From Azolla caroliniana (taxonomy: Eukaryota > Plantae > Polypodiophyta), in assembly GCA_043228905.1 (NCBI GenBank), contig JBHGNT010000014.1, forward strand, positions 15,314,001-15,378,000: DNA of 64,000 nt. The letters run 5' to 3'. Position numbers and translations under genes: made by a program. Positions within the stretch are counted from its first letter, which is position 1. Every line of letters begins with the position of its first letter. Under the pieces are notes generated by a model. It was given only the letters and a program-made list of their open reading frames with translations, ran no database searches and had not been told where the DNA came from. Positions 22,207-33,500 of the stretch are shown here, piece by piece.

Positions 22207-25200
22207 ATGGGGAGCGCTCTCCCTACCGAGAAGTTGGATCAAAACAACTTCGCATCTTGGGAGTACAAGATGCACCAATACCTTATCGGACAAGGCTATT
22301 GGAGCTACATCAAAGGAGCGCATGAAGATCAACCCGCCGAAGCGGCTCCCGGATACGCGACATGGGAGCAAGCCACAAGCTGCGTGATGTATTGTTTGGC
22401 GACATGTGTTCACGACCACATGCTCGGTTATATTCGAGAAGCCAAGGCACCGAAGGAAGGGTGGGAAAATCTACGAAAGATTTTCACCGACAACACGACC
22501 GCGAGGAAGCGTCAACTCCGCCAAGAGTTCAACAACATTCAACAAAGGGACATGTCCATCACGACATACACCTTGAAGATCAAGGAGCTTTGCGACTCAC
22601 TCGGCTCAATAAGCGTAAGTATAGATGATGATGAGATGGCGCAAATATGCCTCGGCGGCCTCTCACCACGGTTCGGCGTGATGCGAACCGCCGTTCTAGC
22701 ACGGGAGAAATCTCCCTCCTTCTTCGAGCTCCAATCAATGCTATTGGTCGAAGAAAACCACGTGCGTACAAGGAGCAATGAGTCGGAAGGCCACATGCTC
22801 TACACGCACTCTAACGGAGGAAGAGGACGCGGACAAGCGAGAGCCCGATTCGGCCAAGGACAAGGCGGACGAGGTTCGACCTACGACAACAACTCCCAAT
22901 TTTGGCCGCAAAACGGAGGCCAACGAGGAACCTTCGCAAGAAGGGGGAGCTTCCACTCCGGCCCGAGCCGTCAAAACGCAACCGAATGCGGATATTGCGG
23001 AAAGCTCGGCCACCACGAAGAAGAGTGCCAAAAGAAGATGCATGAATCGGCTTCCACAAGCCGACAACTCACGAATTACGCGCACAATTCCGACTACAAA
23101 GAGTATAGCGGAATGTATGGGCACAACTCCGACTACGAAGATCGTAGCGGAATGTATGCACACAACTTCGACCGTGGCGGAATGTTCATGATGAAACATA
23201 GAGCAAACTCTATGTCGGCCGCTAACTCAACTAGTGCCTCCGGTCCGGAAGACATATGGTTCGTCAATCCTGGTGCCTCGAACCATATGACATCGCATCA
23301 AGAATGGTTCTGAGAACTTTGAGAGCCGGAGCGACCCGGTTATGTCAAAACCGGAGATGACACTATGCACCAGATTCGGCACATCGGCAATGTTTCGTTC
23401 GGAAAAGAACGTAAGCAAAATTACATTAAAAATTTCTTGCATGTACCGACCATTATGAAGAATTTGGTCTCCGTCGGCCAAATTGTAGAGCAAGGGATGC
23501 AAGTTTGATTTAATCAAGGCGGTTGCTTCATCGAAAAAGAGGGCTGACTCATCGCACGTGGACGAAGAGAGGGCCAAATGTTCATTCTCAACCCACACGA
23601 GATCGTATGGGCAATGTTCGCAAAGGGCATGAAAGCCGATTCCGACATAGAGTTGTGGCACAAGCAAATTGGCCACATCAATCTCAACAAACTCAAAGTA
23701 ATGAAATCGAAAGGAGTCGTCATCGGACTCCCGACATTCAAAGAAAAGGAGATTGAAGGTGTATGCAAAGCATGCCAATTCGGCAAGCAACACCGACACC
23801 CATTCCCGAAAGAGCGGAACGTGAGCAAAGGTCTACTCGACGTAGTCCATTCTGACGTATGGGGACCGGCGCAAATGGCTACATTTGGCGGATGCTGATA
23901 TTACGTGCTCTTCATCGACAACTTCTCTAGGCACACTTGGATCTACCCGATGCGGCAAAAGAGCGAAGTGTTCGGACACTTCCAAAATTTCAAGAATGAA
24001 GTCGAGAAAGCCACGGGCCGACATGTACGATGCCTTCGATCAGATGGCGGCAAGGAGTACTTCTCGGATGATTTCACGGCGTACCTGCGAAAGGAAGGAA
24101 TTTGGCACGAATTCACTTGCCGACACACTCCGCAACAAAACGGAGTAGCTGAGCGCAAAAATCGGAACATCCTCGAAGTAGCGCGGGCCATGATGAACGA
24201 GAAGCATATGCCCAAGTCATATTGGGCCGAAGCTGCAAATACGGTCGTCTACCTAATGAACCGGTGCACAACATCCGGCGTGCACGAGGTCACTCCGCAC
24301 AAAAATACTTCGGAAGGAAACCGGATTTATCACACATCTAGATATTCGGCGTGATAGCGTACGTGCACATCCCCGACGAGAAGCGTCAAAAGCTTGACCC
24401 GAAGTCGGAGAAATGTATCCTCGTAGGATACTCACTGGAGCAAAAGCGGTACAAGTGCTACAACTCCTCAACTCGAAAATCTCAAGTAAGTCGAGACATT
24501 GTTTTTGACGAGTCCACATCCTGGTATGCACCAGAGACAACTTCGCCTCCACTCGACCCGGAATTTGCCGAACAAGAGATCGAGGATGAAGATCGCCCTA
24601 TGCGCATGATTGAAGAAAGTTTGATCACAACCCGACTGAGTGAACCACAAGAGCCTTTGAGCGATCAAAGCACATCACGACCTAGCCCGAAGATGGACAA
24701 AGGCAAGGCGAAAATGGCGGAATATGAAGACGGTCGCTTCGACGACGATGAATCGACTCACTCGCTCGACAGTGAGTTCGGCGGCTTCGATGTACCAATC
24801 GGAGCTAAGAAAGCCCTTATCTTTGCAAATGAAAAGCTTCGTCGATCCACTCGTGAAAAGAACCCCGTAAGCCGATTCGGCTACAACGAGTATATGGCGT
24901 ACCATTACGCCTTTATGATGAAGGTAGCGACAGTACGAGAGCCGGAAACCTTTTCGGAATCCGCGAAGGACCCGCGATGGATTGAAGCAATGAACGAGGA
25001 GATGCAGGCACTACGGAAGAACGAGACTTGGGATCTCGTTCCCACCTCACCACACAAAAAGGTGATCGGATGCAGATGGATCTACAAGGTGAAGTATAAC
25101 GTTGATGGCTCCGTAAACCGCTACAAAGCTCGACTCGTAGCGAAAGGATACGCTCAAACTCATGGCGTCGACTACGAAGAGACCTTTGCCCCGGTGGCAA

Positions 25201-27148
25201 AGATGACGACGGTGCGGACCGTAATTGCGATTGTCGTGGCGAAAGGGTGGCACCTCCATCAAATGGACGTCAAGAACGCTTTTCTACAAGGCGAATTCGA
25301 AGAGGAGGTGTACATGATCCAACCACCCGGCTTCAACTCGAGCACCCATCCGAAAGTTGTTTGCCGACTCAAGAAGCCACTCTACGGCCTCAAGCAAGCA
25401 TTCGAAGATAACGCAATATCTTCATCAAATCGGCTTCCGTATGTCAAAATCGGACAACTCCCTCTACATACGAAGCGATTCCGCAAGTCCTATCGTCATC
25501 ATTTTATATGTGGATGACCTAGTCATTGGAGGTGAGCATCTCGTTCAAATCACTAAGGTCAAATCCCTCCTTTCCGACAAGTTCGAGATGACGGACATGA
25601 AGGAGCTCCACTACTTCCTCAACATCGAGGTAATTCGGACTCCGATCGGAATCATGATCTCTCAACGGCACTACATCCTCAACTTGTTATACAAGTTTGG
25701 GATGGCTGAGTGCAAATCCGTGGCAACCCCGTTTGATCGTAATCTCAAACTAGATGCGAACTCCGGCACCAAAGTGTGTGAGCCGACTCAATATCGACAA
25801 CTCATCGGGAGTCTCATCTACCTCACGATCACTCGACCCGATCTCAGTTATCCGGTCGGTCTCCTTAGCCAATTCTTGCAAACACCGCGTGATACGCACT
25901 TGGATTGCGCTAAGCGAGTTCTACGATACGTGAGTGGCACAATGGATTGCGGTATCCTCTACAAGACCGCGATGCCAATACGACTCGAGGGGTACACAGA
26001 TGCCAATTGGGCCGGCTACAAAGCCGATAGAAGATCAACCTCCGGATTTGTTTTCTCCCTCGGCAACGGAGCAATATCCTGGAGTAGCAAGAAGCAGCCT
26101 ATCGTCGCTCTTTCGAGTACGGGGGCGGAATACAGGGGCGCAACAGTAGCTGCGTGTGAAGCCGTATGGCTCAAGAGGATTTTGAAGGATCTGGGCGTAC
26201 CCATCAAGGATCCGACTTCCCTTTACTGCGACAACATGAGCAATATCTATCTGGCTCGGAACCCGGTGTTCCACGCGCGGACAAAGCACATTGAAGTGCA
26301 CTATCACTTCATCCGAGAGCGTATTCTGGCTGGCGATGTCGACCTACAACACATTAGCACCAATCTTCAAACGGCCGACATCTTCACCAAAGCCTTAGGA
26401 GCCAACAAGCTATGGCAATTCATGACCGATCTTGGATTGACGATCCCTGACCTGCCAAGCTTGAGGGGGAGTACTGAAGACACTACGCAATAACGCGTGG
26501 ATTCCGCAACCACGCAACGAAGCAGCGAAGAGCCGATCTACCGCGCAAAGCCGCGAAGAAAGACACAAGTTGAAGCACAGACTTCGCAACTATGCACACA
26601 AGCCGAAGCACAGACTTCGTAACTACGCAGAAACCAAGCTGGAGCACGGATTCCGCAACTCCGCATAAAGCGAGCCGACGCGAGTCGACGCGGACTCCGG
26701 AACGCGAGTTGAAGCGGATTTCGGATACCGTCTAAAACCGACCCGACTTGAGCTTGAGGGGGCATGTTGAGAATCAAGCTCAACTTGGTCTAGTGTGTGA
26801 ACTCACCTTGAGAGTGAAGAGACACTCCAACGGTCAAGAGTCACCATTATGTCACCACTTTGTATTCTAGCATTTAGTATGAGTCATAGAATCATATTCC
26901 ATGACACATAACTTATGAGCTTTCACATTCCCCATGCTCCATGAGGCTTGTAGTTAATGAAGAGAGAGGGTGACTACATAAAGCACCCTCCTCCCACCTT
27001 GTATAATGTTGTGTCTTTCTCCTTTGTTAATATACTCAACCTTGTGTATACTCTGTGTGTGTCTCTCTCTCTATCTATCTCATACACACACACACACACA
27101 GTTCACACCTATTCCGCTACACAAGAATCCATCTTTTGATTCTTTACA
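22207..27148 (+). mobile_element. Ty1/copia element (second lineage) with disrupted pol and no recognisable 5' LTR
   Basis: Gag [49 protein letters not shown] and ADIFTKAL. PPT at 26753-26764. Putative 3' LTR TGTTG...TTTACA at 26765-27148. Confidence 0.88.
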
Positions 27149-27640
27149 GGCAGGAAATAAATCAATGCCTACTATGTTCCAATTCTACCGAACAAAAGAA
27201 ACACAATCCTTTAGTAATGTTTCTTTTTTTTAATGCATCCCCCAATGGTAAAGCTCCAATCATAACTCTCCAAACAAATACATTGGCTCGTAGCATTAAT
27301 CGAGAACACCAACCTGCCTTGATCACATGAAGCCACCAAGTAATGGGCTTATGAAACCCCCATATCTTTATAGCCCTTTCTTCCAACCACTTATGTTTGT
27401 TAATCAACGTGTGATAAGCAACATTTGTTGAGATCATAGTGAATCTCTTATTTCCAACAAACCTCCAATCAAGCTCTTGAGATCGCCCATCTACATAAGG
27501 AATTGGCTCATACGAAGATAGTATTTGTTGCAACTTATCCCAAATAAAGGTATAACCTTTTGGAATATGAAATGTTGATCTGATTGTTCGAAAAGCCATT
27601 AATCTTCTTTGTGACACCAACATAGCATCCTTAATTGTTA
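27149..27640 (-). pseudogene. LINE ORF2 C-terminal zf-RVT fragment
   Basis: [23 protein letters not shown]....[17 protein letters not shown]. Confidence 0.75.
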
Positions 27641-27875
27641 GTACATGAGAATCGTGCTCTTGCTGGGTCTTCGAATAAATCAATAGATCATCAAGATAGA
27701 TGATCAAACAGATATCCAAGAGGTCTCTGAATATATCATTTGCCATGTGTTGGAAGACTGCGGGTGCATTGGTTAGGCCGAACGGCATAACAGTATACTC
27801 GAAATGCCCATACCGCGTGCGAAAGGCGGTCTTCCATTCATCTCCTAGTCGGATCCGCACGAGGTTATACGCTCC

Positions 27876-28862
27876 TCACAGATCGATTTTGGTAAAAAAC
27901 TTGGCACCATTAACTCGCTCTAAAAGACTTGATATAAGAGGAAGTGCATACCTATTCCGGATGGTGACCTTATTCAATCCGCAGTAATCAACAACGAGAT
28001 GAAGTGAGCCATCTTTCTTCTTGACAAAGAAGATGGGTGCACCGGCCGGAGATTTCGAATGACGGATGAACCCACTTGCCAAGTTCTCCTCTATGTAGGC
28101 TCGAAGGACTTCTAACTCGGTGGGTGACAAGTTGTAAATTGGTCCCCATGGTGGCTCGGTTCCTGGTTGTAAATCGATGGGACAGTCATAGGGACGGTGA
28201 TGAGGAAGGGTACCGGCTTTTACCTTGTCAAATACATCGGCATAAGGATGATATTTTGCCGGAAGTTGTACTGAGGAGTCCTTCTTAATAGTGTTGGAAG
28301 GATGTACTATTATTGCAAATAGGAACATTGCCTCCTTGTGTCCTTCGCGTAATTGATGGAGTGAAATGGTCGAAACTCGGTGAGTAGATTCTTGGGGTGG
28401 TCGATATCGGACTTCTCTTGTTCTCCAATCTATGGCTGGATTATGTAATTCAAACCAAGGTAATCCTAGGACAATTGGATGCTTTGGACTACTAATTATA
28501 TTAAATGATATTACACACACAAAACTACCTAGGACAACTTGAATTGGTTCTGATTCTTCTACAATATTCCCGGAAGCAATGGGACGACCATCAATGACTA
28601 CTATAGATGCGAGACAAGGAAGTTTTCTTAGGGATATCTGAGAAGCTTGGGCAAAATTTCGATCCATGAAACAGGAATTAGCTCCGGAATCTAAGAGTGC
28701 TAGGACGGGTACTGGGGGAGTACTTTTAGTACTAACAATGACTTGGGCTAGGAACACATTGCTAACTTGCTTGGAAGGAATGGAACCACTAATGGGCTGT
28801 ACAAATCTAGGGTTGTTGTCCAACCAAACGGCTCCTATTTTGGCTGGACTCAATCGTTTAAC
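27876..28862 (-). CDS. Pol N-terminus (protease and start of RT) in the -1 frame relative to gag
   Basis: LLDSGANSCF, IVLGLPWF, SPAGAPIFFVKKKDGS and FTKIDL. Overlaps the gag end at GTTAAAC. Confidence 0.85.
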   Translation of the reverse strand, partial: VKRLSPAKIGAVWLDNNPRFVQPISGSIPSKQVSNVFLAQVIVSTKSTPPVPVLALLDSGANSCFMDRNFAQASQISLRKLPCLASIVVIDGRPIASGNIVEESEPIQVVLGSFVCVISFNIISSPKHPIVLGLPWFELHNPAIDWRTREVRYRPPQESTHRVSTISLHQLREGHKEAMFLFAIIVHPSNTIKKDSSVQLPAKYHPYADVFDKVKAGTLPHHRPYDCPIDLQPGTEPPWGPIYNLSPTELEVLRAYIEENLASGFIRHSKSPAGAPIFFVKKKDGSLHLVVDYCGLNKVTIRNRYALPLISSLLERVNGAKFFTKIDL

Positions 28863-30007
28863 TCTTCATCTAATTGACTAAGGATTTCAAAATTGTTTGA
28901 GATACTTGGGCTATTAGTACTATGAATATTATCTGACACTCTATTAGTACTATTAATACTATCAGACACTCTGAAGGGAAGAATTGACTTGGGTTTAGTA
29001 CAGGCGATGATTTGATTTACCTGTCTTCTTGACCTATGGGGACAATTGATGGCGATATGCCCTGGTCCACCGCAATAAAGGCATAATCGATTGGCACGTC
29101 GTCGTTGCTTTTCTTCTTCCGATAACGGGCCGCGTCGACGCATGGTGTCGATCTCCATCGGTGTCGGAATATTGGCTTGAGGTACATCGCGTGCAAACGG
29201 TTTAGCCGTGACTGAGGCGTATGTGGGTTCCGGCCGAGAGCGTGGTATTTGTAACTGACGCTCCGAACGCCGTTCGAAAAGGTGGTTGTCGCATCGGACC
29301 GCTCGACTGATTGCCTCCGTAAGAGACTTTGGTTCTTCGGGGAAGGTTAAAAGCAAATCTTTGACATCATTGCGCCAACCGTAGCGAAACTGCTCCATGA
29401 GGGCTTGATCATGCAAGGGAATATCTGAGGCGAGTAGACGGAAATCCGCCGCGTAGGCAGAGGCTGGATGATCGCCTTGATGCAATCTTCGGATCTTGTT
29501 GATCGTCGTCCTGATGTTGTCGGTATCTCCAAAGCAGGCTTTAAACTCACCAATAAAATCTTCAAAGTTATTAAGCAAGGGTGATTGTTTCTCTAGAAGC
29601 GGAGCGAACCATGCCAAGGTTGAGCCGCTAAGTAACGTGCCTATTAGGCCGACTCGAGATGCATCAGTGGGATATCGGGAAGGATGCATCTGGATGACTA
29701 AGCGTACCTGATTAAGGAATCCCCGGAATTGCGATCGCGTTCCATCAAATTTCACAGGAAGTCCAATCTTGGGCTCTTTATGAAATCCTTGGGGACTTGA
29801 TCCTTGTTGTTGCAACGCTGCTTCGAGTTGTTGTACCCGTAATGCTAACTCCCCATGTTGTTGTTGCGTTTGTTGTTTTTCGAGAGCGATTTGTTGGAGA
29901 TCCCCTATCAACCGTTGGTTTTCTTGTTCCAGGGCAACAAACTTTTCTTTTAGGCACTGTACCTCGGAGAAAAAGGATTGATATTCTTGGGCGCTAACAG
30001 TAGCCAT
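28850..30007 (-). CDS. Tcn1-like Gag
   Basis: Uninterrupted 385-aa ORF with a CCHC knuckle. Confidence 0.9.
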   Translation of the reverse strand: MATVSAQEYQSFFSEVQCLKEKFVALEQENQRLIGDLQQIALEKQQTQQQHGELALRVQQLEAALQQQGSSPQGFHKEPKIGLPVKFDGTRSQFRGFLNQVRLVIQMHPSRYPTDASRVGLIGTLLSGSTLAWFAPLLEKQSPLLNNFEDFIGEFKACFGDTDNIRTTINKIRRLHQGDHPASAYAADFRLLASDIPLHDQALMEQFRYGWRNDVKDLLLTFPEEPKSLTEAISRAVRCDNHLFERRSERQLQIPRSRPEPTYASVTAKPFARDVPQANIPTPMEIDTMRRRGPLSEEEKQRRRANRLCLYCGGPGHIAINCPHRSRRQVNQIIACTKPKSILPFRVSDSINSTNRVSDNIHSTNSPSISNNFEILSQLDEELND

Positions 30008-30505
30008 AGTATAGGGAAAAGGGTAGGAGGAGGAGGGAGAACGACAAGTAGGCTGGAGGAAAGGAGAAATTGGTTCAAACTATCAGGAATAGTACTAAAG
30101 CAGAGATGGAATACGTACTAAGAAGAGCAGTACTATTAGTACTAAGAGGACGGGACTGCGTAAGATTCCCGAGAGAGGAAGTGAGAAGAGGAGAGAGAGA
30201 GAGAAAGATGATGACAACAGCTAATATATTATGTGAAAAGATAAGTACAAAGCAGCTAAGAGGCTTAAGATTGGCGTTGAACCAAATTGGTTCAACATAA
30301 TGCCTAGTGCCTTCTTTTATAGTGTTGTCAGGAGTAATCCTGAAACTTCTAGAATGTTCCAGAGAAATCTGGAATATACATTACTTTCTTATAATAAAAC
30401 ATAAATGAAAATAATATCCTATGAATTACAATAGATGGTGTGATGGTTAAGAGCTCGACCCATATACCATAAGGTCATGGGTTCGAGTCTTGCTATATCA
30501 TGACA

Positions 30506-33500
30506 CAAGGCCCGGTGAGAAGTGCTCACCGGATAAAGGGACATATTCGTAAATATGTTTTTCCTGAGAAGCCATCGGGGATATATTTGTAAATAGCCGA
30601 AAAGTCATATTAGTATAAATATGACTTAGGGCAAACTTAGAAGTGCTGTTGTCATTCTTGTTGGCGCAAGACTAGAGAGCGTATAACCGTGTACAGAGAG
30701 AGGAAGAGGTCGTTGCCTCTGTTGTAACCGCCGCCTGTAGCGAAGATCGTGAGCACGAGGTCGTTGCCTCCGTGAGCTCACTGTTGTAATCATTGTGATA
30801 TAGTGATAGTTAGCACTCAATGGACTGCCGTGGTTTTTCCCTCTCAGGGTTTTCCACGTTAAACATCCTGTGTACTCTTCTTTCTATCCTGTTGTGCTTT
30901 CATTCCCTGGTTTTTTCTGTGTTTTATTCTAGGCTCGGTTGTGGCCGAGTGTTGTTCATCGGGAGCATGTAGTTCCTATCAAAGTGGTATCAGAGCAAAA
31001 CGACACAGAAAATGGACGATTCGTTGGGAGGCATGTTCAAGCTCACCGGCTCCAATTATTCGGTGTGGAAGTCGAAGATGAGGGACATGCTCGTGGTTAA
31101 AGATCTTTGGTTGCCAGTTCAATTTGGGGACAAGAGACCGGACAAAATCAACGCCACGACATGGGAGGTGATGCACATAAAGACAACGGCTTACATACAG
31201 TGCTTCATCGACATGAGCCTATACAACAACTTCAATGAAGAGAGCAAGGCTCATGAGCTCTGGGAGAAGATCGGCATTATGTTTCAAAACAAAAATGTTG
31301 TTAACCAGGTTTCGGTATTCCGGAAGCTAGTAAGACTCCAGTACCAAGATGGCTCCAACATGGCGGAGCACATGAATGCCTTCTAGGGGCTGATACACCA
31401 GGCAACATCATTGGAAGTACCTCTCGCCGATGAGGTACTAGCGCTACTCCTGCTCGGTTCCCTCCCAGATAACTGGGAGACGTTGGTTGTCACTTTGGGC
31501 AATGCCGGGCCGGAAGGGAAACGGTTATCCCTAGCAAGAGTGAAGTCGAGCTTGCTAGATGAGGAGGCGCGTCGAAAAGATAAGGCTACGAGCTCCGACT
31601 CCAAAGCGCTCCTTACTGAATCGGAACGCGGAAAACATAGAAACCGTAGTCCCCAAAACCGGAAAAGTCGGGGACACGGTCAAAGTCAAGGGGGAGGCCT
31701 ACTTGCTTCTATTACGGCAAGCTGGGACACTTCCAGAAGAACTGTCGGCATTTCCGTAAAGAGAAGGAAACCAACGGTACCGATTCGAAGCAGACACGGG
31801 ACCGGAACGGTAAAGACCGGAAGGGAACGATGGCAATCGCGGCAAGTGAAGAAGAGTTGATGCTCATCACCGAGGAGAGTGAGCTAAACCTTGCCGGCGA
31901 CGAGATGACCTGGGTGGTCGACTCCGGAGCATCGTTCCACCTTACCCCGGACCGGAAATGCTTCTCATCCTACTCAGTCGGTGATCACGGCTGTGTCCGG
32001 ATTGGGAATGAAGGTACATGCCGAATTGTCGGCATAGGAGACGTGTGGCTGGCAACACCAACCGGATGCAAGCTGCTGCTGAAGGATGTCCGACACGTTC
32101 CGAAGGTTCGTCTGAACCTGATATCAGTCGGTCGGCTAGATGATGAAGGGTACATGGGTAGCATCCAGAACGGTGTTATGAAGTTCAGCAAAGGGAGCCT
32201 GATTGTGGCTCGGGCCCGGAAGGTAAACACATTGTACCTGATGAATGCCCGGTTATCTCCGGAGGAAGTGAACATGGCATCCGACATTGCCGGTGAGCTA
32301 TGGCACAAAAGGCTATGTCACATGAGTGAGAAGGGGATGAAGCGGCTTGCAGATGACAACCTCATTCCAGTGAGGAACGTGCACTTGGAGAAGTGCACTG
32401 ATTGTCTGGCCGGTAAGCAAAACCGGACCTCCTTCCGAACAAGGCCACCGATGAGACGTAATGCACCACTGGAGTTGGTGCATACTGATGTATGTCAAGT
32501 GGACACGAAGTCACATGCCGGATCGCAGTACTTCGTGACGTTCATAGATGACCACAGCCAGAAGCTGTGGGCCACACCGTTGAAGACGAAGGATCAGGTG
32601 TTATCCGTCTTCAAAGAGCTCCACGCGAGAGTGGAAAGAGAAACCGGCCGGAAGCTGAAGGCGGTTCGAGCAGATAATGGAGGTGAATACCGGGGGCAGT
32701 TTGAGGAGTACTGTCGCTTGAAGGGAATCCGGCTCGAATTTACCGTGCCGAAGACGCCGGAACTGAACGGGTTGGCTGAGAGGATGAACCGGACCATAAT
32801 GGAGAGGGTCTGGAGTATGTTGGTGCATGCAAAACTACCCAAGAAGTTTTGGGTTGAGGCACTGTCGACGGCGACATATGTGATAAACAGATCACCCTCA
32901 GTACCCTTGGACGGAGACACGCCGCAGAGAGTGTGGACCGGTAAGGAAGTGTCCTACCGGCATCTGAAGGTATTCGGGTGTCTCACGTACGTGCATGTAG
33001 CTAAGGACCGGAGAGGAAAGTTAGATCCGAAGACCCGGCCATGCATATTCCTCGGTTACGGCGATGATGAATTCGGCTACCGAGTGTGGGACCTGGTCGA
33101 CAAGAAGGTATTCCAGAGTCGAGATATTATCTTCATGGAGGACAAGACGCTCGCCGACTGGGAGTCGGAGAAGAAGATAATGAACTCTGAGTCAACCAGT
33201 AAGGATCGATTCTACGATGAGCAGACCCAACCGACAAGAGACCAGTTAGCACTCGAGGAACCAGCCGGTTACGGTGAGGATACCGAACCGGCAGAAGAAG
33301 AAGTAGAGGAAGCTGAAACCGGAACCGGCCAAGACCCTGAATGGGATTCGGATGAGGAGCAAATGGAGGAACCGGTTACCGAAGCCCAAAGATGGAGATA
33401 TCCTCTCAGAGAGAGAAGGGCCCCCCGGAGATTTCCGGATGCAGAGCATGTGCTGCTAACCGATGAGGGGGAGCCAGAAAGCTTCGAAGAAGCGAAGGAT

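Larger units (their letters stand above)
27640..30505 (-). mobile_element. Second Tcn1-like chromovirus copy, truncated in RT and inserted into a copia 5' LTR
   Basis: 5' LTR at 30081-30505, intact gag ORF, protease LLDSGANSCF and RT ([16 protein letters not shown]). The flank at 30506 continues the Tork LTR. Confidence 0.92.
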
